A DNA stretch of 24,000 bases from an uncultured Nitrospirota bacterium. Its GTDB lineage: Bacteria > Nitrospirota > Nitrospiria > JACRHA01. Each line of letters starts with the position of its first letter. Position 1 is the first letter of the stretch. Of this stretch, positions 16,185 through 22,674 are shown in pieces. The translations under genes were made by a program, and so were the position numbers. The stretch lies in NCBI GenBank assembly GCA_964648095.1, contig CAZYNY010000032.1, forward strand, positions 724 to 24,723. Direction: 5' to 3'. The notes below the pieces were generated by a model. It worked only from the letters and a program-made list of their open reading frames with translations, was not told where the DNA came from and did no database searches.

Positions 16185-17759
16185 ATGAAAAATGATAGAT
16201 ATAAATCTGATTCAGGCATCCCCATAGACCCCCTCTATCTCCCCTTCGGTAAATATGACTACCTAGATGGCATCGGTTTACCCGGCCTCTTTCCATTCAC
16301 AAGGGGTATATATCCGGCCATGTATCGGGAAAAGATATGGACCATGAGGCAGTATTCAGGTCTCGCTTCTGTTTCTGAGTCTAACCGGCGCTTTAAAAAC
16401 CTCTTTGCAAAAGGGCAGACAGGTCTTTCTGTGGCCTTTGACCTCCCTACCCAGATGGGTTATGATTCAGACCATCCCATGGCGGAAGGTGAGGTCGGTA
16501 AGGCAGGCGTACCGATAGATACGCAGGAAGACATGGATGACCTCTTTTCTGATATCCCCCTTGACAGGGTAAGCGTATCCATGACCATAAATGCCACTGC
16601 CGCTGTTATCCTGGCGATGTATCTCGCTGTGGCAAAAAAGAGGGGGATCCCCATGGCAAAGCTCTCCGGCACAATCCAGAACGATATCTTAAAGGAATAT
16701 CTGGCAAGGGGAACATATATCTATCCGATCGGGCCGTCCCTCCGGCTGACAAGGGACATCATCGCCTTCTGTCAAGTGGAATGCCCCAGGTGGAACTATA
16801 TAAGCGTGAGCGGATACCATATCAGGGAGGCAGGGGCCACAGCCGTTCAGGAGCTTGCCTTCACCTTTGCCAATGCAATAGCCTACGTAGAAATGGTATC
16901 CAGACATGGCATAGTTATTGACAGTCTCCTGGGCAGGGTCTCATTCTTCTTTTCCGCCGGCAGGGATCTGTTTGAGGAGATTGCCAAATTCAGGGCCGCA
17001 AGGAGGATATGGGCAAGGATCGCAAAGGAGAGATGGAAGGCGGCGGATGAGGCATGCAGGCTCAGGTTCCATACACATACCGGCGGCTCCTGCCTGACGG
17101 AGCAGCAGGCCGAAAACAATATGATCAGGGTCGCAATCCAGGCCCTGGCCGCTGTCCTTGGAGGGACACAGTCGCTCCATACCTGCTCATATGACGAGGC
17201 CTACTCCCTCCCGTCCGATGAATCTGTTTCTATTGCCTTAAGGACGCAGCAGATAATCGCCCGTGAAAGCGGGATTCCGAATACGGTAGATCCTGTCGGA
17301 GGGTCATACTTTATTGAATCCCTTACCTGCAAGATCGAAGAGGAGGTATTTAAGGAGATTGAAAAGATAGACCGGATGGGCGGTGCTGTTAGCGCGATTA
17401 AATCAGGCTACATGCAGGGGGAGATTCACAGGAGTGCATATGACGCACAGAAACGGCTGGAGGCGCGCGAAGATAAGGTAGTTGGCGTCAACTGTTTCGA
17501 AGAGCCAGGTCCGAGAAGGGGCGTCAAGACACTCAGTTCAGACAGCCGCCTCGGCGAAAGGCAGATAGAGAGGCTCCGGGGACTTAAAAAGAGCAGGGAT
17601 CAAAGGTTGGTCCTAAATAGCCTTGAAAGACTTAAAGAGGCGGCAAAGAGGGACGATAATCTGATACCCTTTATTATTGTGTGCGTTGAGTCGAAGGCGA
17701 CCCTGGGTGAGATCTCGGATGCGTTCCGGGATCTCTTCGGTATATATAAAGAAGCTTGA
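16185..17759 (+). CDS. Methylmalonyl-CoA mutase, catalytic (large, N-terminal TIM-barrel) subunit without a fused B12-binding domain
   Basis: It is collinear with MCM alpha-chain barrels (TMRQYSGL, GLSVAFDLPTQMGYDSDHP, TIQNDILKEYLARGTYIYP, SVSGYHIREAGA). It keeps the Tyr (RQY) and Arg (ARGTY) that, from memory, distinguish methylmalonyl-CoA mutase from isobutyryl-CoA mutase. At 524 aa it ends before any DxHxxG cobalamin-binding module. Confidence 0.88.
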   Translation: MKNDRYKSDSGIPIDPLYLPFGKYDYLDGIGLPGLFPFTRGIYPAMYREKIWTMRQYSGLASVSESNRRFKNLFAKGQTGLSVAFDLPTQMGYDSDHPMAEGEVGKAGVPIDTQEDMDDLFSDIPLDRVSVSMTINATAAVILAMYLAVAKKRGIPMAKLSGTIQNDILKEYLARGTYIYPIGPSLRLTRDIIAFCQVECPRWNYISVSGYHIREAGATAVQELAFTFANAIAYVEMVSRHGIVIDSLLGRVSFFFSAGRDLFEEIAKFRAARRIWARIAKERWKAADEACRLRFHTHTGGSCLTEQQAENNMIRVAIQALAAVLGGTQSLHTCSYDEAYSLPSDESVSIALRTQQIIARESGIPNTVDPVGGSYFIESLTCKIEEEVFKEIEKIDRMGGAVSAIKSGYMQGEIHRSAYDAQKRLEAREDKVVGVNCFEEPGPRRGVKTLSSDSRLGERQIERLRGLKKSRDQRLVLNSLERLKEAAKRDDNLIPFIIVCVESKATLGEISDAFRDLFGIYKEA

Positions 17760-17781
17760 CTTTATATAATTCTAAAGAATA

Positions 17782-17801
17782 CTATGCCCTTCGGGGTATG
17801 G
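17782..17801 (+). other. Intercistronic C(UUCG)G tetraloop hairpin
   Basis: CTATGCCC-TTCG-GGGTATGG forms an 8-bp stem (including G-U pairs) closed by a UUCG tetraloop. It lies 22 nt after the mutase stop and has no U-tract. Confidence 0.4.
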
Positions 17802-17832
17802 CTTATGCCGGCCTAAACATCGGGTCTGCTCT

Positions 17833-18267
17833 ATGTTTAAAGGTATAGATCACATAGGAATTGTAGTAAGGGATATAACTTCAGCCCTTCCCCTCTTTCA
17901 GGGAGGAATGGGCCTTAAACTGCTGGGCATCGAGGTAATAGCTGAGGATAATGTAAAGGTTGCCTCCCTTGCTATAGGGGAGAGCAGGATTGAACTTATC
18001 GAGCCGATTAAAGAAGGGACGCCCGTCTTCCGATTTCTTGAGAAGAGGGGGGAGGGGGTACACCATATCGCCCTCAGGGTAGAGGATGCAAAAGAGGCCA
18101 TAGGGAGGCTAAAGGAGGCAGGCCTGGAACCTGTTGAGGGGAGGTCTCAGGCAGGTGCAATGGGTTTGGTGGCGGCCTTCGTCCACCCAAGGTCTTGTCA
18201 TGGGGTCCTGATGGAGGTCTGTGAGGAGTCAAAAGCCAGAGGAAAACAAGATGATGGACATCTTTAG
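17833..18267 (+). CDS. mce: Methylmalonyl-CoA epimerase (VOC/glyoxalase family)
   Basis: The 144-aa protein has IDHIGIVVRDI, IELIEP and GEGVHHIALRVEDAKEA, the typical epimerase metal-ligand blocks. It is adjacent to the mutase gene. Confidence 0.85.
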   Translation: MFKGIDHIGIVVRDITSALPLFQGGMGLKLLGIEVIAEDNVKVASLAIGESRIELIEPIKEGTPVFRFLEKRGEGVHHIALRVEDAKEAIGRLKEAGLEPVEGRSQAGAMGLVAAFVHPRSCHGVLMEVCEESKARGKQDDGHL

Positions 18268-19312
18268 GGAGATAAATCAAAAGGGCCACGAGAGGGTTCT
18301 CTTCTGGAACGACCCTGATGCGGGATTGAACGCGATAATTGCAATCCACAGCACAACCCTTGGCCCTGCCCTTGGAGGGTGCAGGATCTGGCCTTACAAT
18401 AACACCCAGGAGGCAATTAAGGATGTATTGAGGCTTTCCCGAGCCATGACATATAAGGCATCTGTGTGCGGGATTAATCTAGGCGGAGGCAAATCCGTCA
18501 TTATAGGAAGTCAGCCTAAAAATAGAGAGGGGGTATTCAGGTCTTTCGGGAGGTTTGTTGAATCACTGGAGGGGATATATATAACCGCAGAGGATGTCGG
18601 GACATCTGTCTCTGATATGGAGATAGTCAAGTTACAGACAAGCCATGTCGCAGGGGTCTCAAAAGAGAAGGGTGGAAGCGGAGACCCATCCATAGCAACT
18701 GCCATAGGCGTCTACTGGGGAATTAAGGCCTGTCTTAAGAAGGTCTCCGGGGGTGAATCTGTTGCGGGGAAGACCGTTGCTATCCAGGGGATCGGTAAGG
18801 TAGGCTTCTATCTTGCAGAGATCCTGAGCAAGGAGGGGGCAAAGGTTTTTCTTACGGACATAGACAGGTCGAGGACAGAGGATATCATTAATAGATTTGG
18901 ATGTGAATATATTCCCCCAAAGGATATATTTTCTGTAACCACTGATATATTCTCCCCCTGCGCGCTTGGCGGCATATTAAACGACGAGACCATACCATTG
19001 CTAAAATGCAGGATAGTTGCAGGGTCTGCCAACAACCAGCTTGAGGATGAAAGGCATGGGAGACTGCTCCATGAGCGGGGGATTCTTTATGCACCTGACT
19101 ATGTAATAAATGCCGGAGGATTAATAAATGTTGCAAATGAGATAGAGGGGTACGATAAAGATAAGGCCCTGTCTCAGGTAAAATCTATCTATGATACCCT
19201 GCTGAACATATTCAGGGTATCTACTGTTGAGTCTATCCCGACCAATATGGCCGCAGACAGGATGGCCGAAGACAGGATCAGGAGGAAAAAGGCCGCAATA
19301 GAAGGTTCATAA
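18251..19312 (+). CDS. Leu/Val/Phe-type amino-acid dehydrogenase (Glu/Leu/Phe/Val dehydrogenase family)
   Basis: AIIAIHSTTLGPALGGCRIWPY and the catalytic-Lys block INLGGGKSVI match leucine dehydrogenases, and NAD-binding GIGKVG is present. I set the start at MMDIF (18251), because GAGGA lies 8 nt upstream and homologs begin here. The ORF-track start at 18221 would add 10 residues. Confidence 0.85.
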   Translation: MMDIFREINQKGHERVLFWNDPDAGLNAIIAIHSTTLGPALGGCRIWPYNNTQEAIKDVLRLSRAMTYKASVCGINLGGGKSVIIGSQPKNREGVFRSFGRFVESLEGIYITAEDVGTSVSDMEIVKLQTSHVAGVSKEKGGSGDPSIATAIGVYWGIKACLKKVSGGESVAGKTVAIQGIGKVGFYLAEILSKEGAKVFLTDIDRSRTEDIINRFGCEYIPPKDIFSVTTDIFSPCALGGILNDETIPLLKCRIVAGSANNQLEDERHGRLLHERGILYAPDYVINAGGLINVANEIEGYDKDKALSQVKSIYDTLLNIFRVSTVESIPTNMAADRMAEDRIRRKKAAIEGS

Positions 19313-19377
19313 GATCATTAAAACAGGTCAGGAAGGCAACCGGGGACTAAAAAATAGACAGGACGGGTGGATTCACG

Positions 19378-20739
19378 ATGAACAACAAAGATGACGGCAA
19401 GGGATATCCGAAGATCGGCTCGATTCCTCCAGGCAGGAATGCCAAAGAATGGGTGGAGAGGGACAGAAAGGTAATATCACAATCCTATACAAGGTCATAT
19501 CCACTCGTGGTTGAGAGGGGGGAAGGCGCCTCCATAATTGATGTAGACGGGAACAGATATCTGGATTTTACCTCAGGCATTGCAGTGACATCTACCGGTC
19601 ATTGTCATCCAAAGGTTGTAGATGCCATCAAAAGTCAGGCAGAAAAACTTATACATATGTCAGGCACGGATTTCTATTATCCCTCCGAGGTAAGACTTGC
19701 TGAGAAGCTGGTCTCCATCACGCCTGGCGAAAAACAGAAGAAGGTCTTCTTCACAAACTCAGGCGCTGAATCTACCGAGGCGGCCATGAAGCTTGCCAGA
19801 TACCATACAAAGAGGCCCCATTTCATAGCCTTCTACGGCGGTTTCCATGGAAGGACAATGGGGGCGCTATCTGTTACGGCAAGCAAGCCAGTACATAGAA
19901 GAGGCTTTTCTCCGCTTATCCCTGAGGTTACGCATATACCATATGCTTATTGTTACAGGTGTCCTTTTGAGCATGATCCGGAGGGGTGTGATATCGAATG
20001 TCTGGCTTTCTTAAAAGAAAAGGTTTTTAGACATAAAATCCCCCCTGAGGAGGTTGCTGCCATCTTTGTTGAACCGATACAGGGCGAAGGGGGATATGTG
20101 ATCCCGCCAAAGCCCTTTATGAGCCGCCTACAGTCGATTGCAAAGGAGTTCGGTATCCTCCTTATAGCCGATGAGATACAGTCAGGGATGGGTAGGACAG
20201 GGAGGATGTTCGCCTCAGAACACTTCGGCCTGCTGCCGGATATCATTACTATCGCAAAGGGGATAGCCTCCGGCATGCCTTTAGGCGCCATGGTGGCTAA
20301 CTCCGATGTAATGGACTGGGAGTCCGGTTCCCATGCAAACACCTTTGGCGGGAACCCCATTGCCTGCGAGGCTGCCCTTGCCACAATAGAGATACTCGAA
20401 GAAGGTCTGATCCAAAATGCGGATAAGGTAGGCAGGTATATCCTATCAAGGCTGGATCAGATGAAGAAGGTCCATCCCTTAATTGGCGACGTAAGGGGCA
20501 TGGGGCTCATGATAGGGGTTGAGCTGGTAAGGGACAGGAAGACAAAGGAGATGGCTACAACCGAGCGGAGTGAGGTCATCCAGGCGGCATTTAAGAAGGG
20601 CCTTTTGATCCTCGGATGCGGATATAATGTGATAAGGTTCATGCCGCCGCTGATCATCACAGAAGATGATGCAGACAAGGCCTTATCCATATTTGATGAT
20701 GTGCTTACTGAGGTAGAACAAAACCGATTCAAAGGATGA
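19378..20739 (+). CDS. Class-III PLP-dependent aminotransferase (GabT / omega-amino-acid transaminase-like)
   Basis: The 453-aa protein has the typical blocks FTNSGAESTEAAMKLAR, LIADEIQSGMGRTGRMFA and the PLP-lysine block TIAKGIASGMPLGA. Substrate cannot be assigned from sequence alone. Confidence 0.85.
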   Translation: MNNKDDGKGYPKIGSIPPGRNAKEWVERDRKVISQSYTRSYPLVVERGEGASIIDVDGNRYLDFTSGIAVTSTGHCHPKVVDAIKSQAEKLIHMSGTDFYYPSEVRLAEKLVSITPGEKQKKVFFTNSGAESTEAAMKLARYHTKRPHFIAFYGGFHGRTMGALSVTASKPVHRRGFSPLIPEVTHIPYAYCYRCPFEHDPEGCDIECLAFLKEKVFRHKIPPEEVAAIFVEPIQGEGGYVIPPKPFMSRLQSIAKEFGILLIADEIQSGMGRTGRMFASEHFGLLPDIITIAKGIASGMPLGAMVANSDVMDWESGSHANTFGGNPIACEAALATIEILEEGLIQNADKVGRYILSRLDQMKKVHPLIGDVRGMGLMIGVELVRDRKTKEMATTERSEVIQAAFKKGLLILGCGYNVIRFMPPLIITEDDADKALSIFDDVLTEVEQNRFKG

Positions 20740-20862
20740 GCATGGTTTCCCCTCCCTCGAAAAGACCTCTTTAAGACGAATAAATCCTCCGAGTAATTGA
20801 TTTAATGGAGGCCTCCATAGCATATCTTATAAGATAAGAGATTAGACTTTTCCTCATACTCA

Positions 20863-21207
20863 CTAGGCATCTAAAATCTCATTTACCTCTTTTACCAGAA
20901 TCGGCAAATGATTTTCAACAGCCTTCCAAACGATCAGCTTATCAATAATATCATAACCGTGTATTAAAATATTTCTGAACCCTATGATACGATGAAACTC
21001 AGAAACCTTTTCTATAAATTCTTCATCGATTTGTTTAATCCTGTTAAGTGCTTCTCCAATGATCTCAAAATCCCTCTCAACCGCTCGTTGTGTAACCGGA
21101 CTGTTTTGATACGCCTTGAAGTTCATCTCGTGAGTAAAATTTTGTATCTCTTCTGCCGCATGGAGAATATCAATAAGGTTTTTTCTTATCTCATCGTTCA
21201 TAAACAA
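20863..21207 (-). CDS. hepT: HepT-like ribonuclease toxin (DUF86, HEPN)
   Basis: The 114-aa protein has the HEPN Rx4HxY motif as FRNILIHGY. The profile AVERDFEIIGEA...IVW is typical of DUF86. It overlaps the upstream nucleotidyltransferase gene by 17 nt. Confidence 0.85.
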   Translation of the reverse strand: MFMNDEIRKNLIDILHAAEEIQNFTHEMNFKAYQNSPVTQRAVERDFEIIGEALNRIKQIDEEFIEKVSEFHRIIGFRNILIHGYDIIDKLIVWKAVENHLPILVKEVNEILDA

Positions 21208-21493
21208 TAGTCCTTGTCTTCTCTACCGCTTCCCTGAAAACAGGGTTTTTGAATGGTTTATCTACAACAAGATCAACTTCCCGTCCAAATATTTTCTCAA
21301 GTTGCTCTTTTAGTTCAAAGTATTTGTCAAAAAGGTCAACGTTTTCATCCGAATCAAAAACCACTAGTATGTCAACATCGCTACCTGGTGAAAAACTTCG
21401 AGTCAAAGCCGATCCATATATACCGAGGCGTTTTACTGGTAATAATCGACAAATACGTTCAATTTCTGGTTTGAGTTTTGTTAAGTCAATCAT
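21191..21493 (-). CDS. mntA: MntA-like minimal nucleotidyltransferase antitoxin
   Basis: The 100-aa protein has the GS-x9-11-DxD nucleotidyltransferase signature LGIYGSALTRSFSPGSDVDILVVF. It sits upstream of and overlaps hepT. Confidence 0.85.
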   Translation of the reverse strand: MIDLTKLKPEIERICRLLPVKRLGIYGSALTRSFSPGSDVDILVVFDSDENVDLFDKYFELKEQLEKIFGREVDLVVDKPFKNPVFREAVEKTRTIVYER

Positions 21494-21499
21494 AGCAAC

Positions 21500-21528
21500 A
21501 TTATTGCTTATTATTGAGAATTATTCAA
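21500..21528 (-). promoter_or_regulatory. Promoter of mntA-hepT with three 10-bp-phased direct repeats (candidate operator)
   Basis: On the minus strand: TTGAAT (rc of 21523-21528), a 17-nt spacer, AATAAT (rc of 21500-21505), 6 nt, then the ATG at 21493. On the plus strand ATTATTG, ATTATTG and ATTATTC start at 21500, 21510 and 21520. They are exactly one helical turn apart and cover the -10, spacer and -35. Confidence 0.5.
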
Positions 21529-21774
21529 TATTTTTGATGGCTAACCAGTGATAATACAGTTTTCTCAACTTCATCAAAATTTTCTGCAGTTGTCAAGAAA
21601 ATTGTAAAATCAATTTGCTATAACTATTTGATTTCATTATAGTTGCGTGGTTGGATAAAATGCCATTTTTCATGTTTAATCTACTTCTTGATAACATCCC
21701 TTGATTGATATATTGGCAGACATGTTGGCGCAATATAATGCGGTACCGGCAAAGAGCGATCAGTCCCCTTCGTC

Positions 21775-22110
21775 TTAAATATACCAAAGGTGATTCTTGA
21801 TATTTTCTTTGGCTTGCAGTTCAAGGAATCGTGCAACCCTTCGAGCCAATTCGTATATATTCCTGCGAGTTGCTATTATGATACCGTAATGTTTTTTATC
21901 CTTTTCGGGTAATTTGGCGGATAACTCTTCGAAGTGGACGCGATTGTGGGTTAAAAATACGCACTTAATCTTTATGGCATGCTCTAATTGTTCCTTATCG
22001 CTCTTTCCGAGCATCCCTTCATCTAGGGCTGTAAAGATAGTAAAACCCTTGGCATTAAGCAGAGGTTTTATTAAAATATCAACGTCCTCGTCAATGTAGA
22101 GGGAGATCAC
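21775..22110 (-). CDS. DUF5615 family PIN-like (Mut7-C-like) putative toxin
   Basis: The 111-aa protein starts LYIDEDVD, followed by GKSDKEQLEHAIKIKCVFLTHNRVHF and HYGIII. This is the DUF5615 pattern (acidic N-terminal DE-N, S/T-D-x-x-hh, T-x-D/N-x-x-F). It overlaps the upstream DUF433 gene by 4 nt. Confidence 0.8.
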   Translation of the reverse strand: MISLYIDEDVDILIKPLLNAKGFTIFTALDEGMLGKSDKEQLEHAIKIKCVFLTHNRVHFEELSAKLPEKDKKHYGIIIATRRNIYELARRVARFLELQAKENIKNHLWYI

Positions 22111-22391
22111 TTTACGGAGGGGTGGATAAGTTTTTCAGGAACCCTATTTTTTTCAATAAAGGCGTCAATCTCTTTCTGGTGGTCGCTATAGTAGCTAAGG
22201 GCATCAAAAACCTGGGACAGCGTGAGATGGGGTAGATGAATCACAATCTCTTCCGGAGAGAGCCCCAACCGCCAGTTCTCCACAACGGCACGTACCGGCG
22301 TCCTCGTTCCCTTAATAATTGGTTCTCCACCCAAAATAGCAGGATCACATACAATATAGCAATGTTTGGTGATTGTCGTCATAGACTTCAT
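22107..22391 (-). CDS. DUF433 domain-containing protein (putative antitoxin)
   Basis: DPAILGGEPIIKGTRTPVRAVVENWRLGLSPEEIVIHLPHLTLSQVFDALSYY is the DUF433 signature (GG-P-I-GTR-V, G-S-EEI, P-LT, AL-YY). The true start may be the second ATG at 22382. Confidence 0.85.
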   Translation of the reverse strand: MKSMTTITKHCYIVCDPAILGGEPIIKGTRTPVRAVVENWRLGLSPEEIVIHLPHLTLSQVFDALSYYSDHQKEIDAFIEKNRVPEKLIHPSVK

Positions 22392-22418
22392 ATTATCCGA
22401 AAGATTTTATCGTGTCAA
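22390..22418 (-). promoter_or_regulatory. Promoter of the DUF433-DUF5615 operon (leaderless geometry)
   Basis: On the minus strand: TTGACA (rc of 22413-22418), a 17-nt spacer, then TAATAT (rc of 22390-22395). The -10 contains the first ATG (22389-22391). The second in-frame ATG (22380-22382) lies 7 nt downstream of the -10. Confidence 0.5.
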
Positions 22419-22572
22419 TTAAAGGTGCTCGTTCATTACCTGTCGTGGCATGAAAGACAGAGTGATCTAATCTGGGACAGTTCCCATAAGATTGCTTCGG
22501 CGCGTTGTGTCTCACAATAGCAGATAAATTAAGGCGTTAACGGCCTATCTCTGTTTAGGGATAACCCTAACC

Positions 22573-22601
22573 TTGCCACGACTAGCCCTTCATGCTATCA
22601 T
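22573..22601 (+). promoter_or_regulatory. Candidate sigma-70 promoter of valS
   Basis: TTGCCA (22573-22578), a 17-nt spacer, then TATCAT (22596-22601). This gives a ~65-nt leader, with AAGGA 5 nt upstream of the ATG. Confidence 0.4.
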
Positions 22602-22674
22602 TGGCAGTTAATTTAGCATTTTTATCTGGATGTACAGATAAGACAAAATTTTAAGGATATATATAAGGAAACAT

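Larger units (their letters stand above)
20740..22674. other. AT-rich accessory islet carrying two toxin-antitoxin operons
   Basis: Composition drops visibly. Hand counts of single 60-nt lines give about 28-33% GC here against about 55% in dxs. Contents are four small TA genes and long spacers, wedged between core genes (the aminotransferase and valS). No integrase or flanking direct repeats were found. Confidence 0.5.

Noticed and set aside
21593-21787. 64-aa minus-strand ORF in the spacer between the TA modules.
   Set aside because: It overlaps the 3' end of the DUF5615 gene in another frame. It is Arg/Leu/Ile-rich in AT-rich DNA, has no RBS and shows no recognisable fold signature.
22392-22674. 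T-box leader upstream of valS.
   Set aside because: No T-box sequence (AAnnnGGGUGGUACCGCG-like), and no specifier or antiterminator architecture. Only short unrelated hairpins are present.
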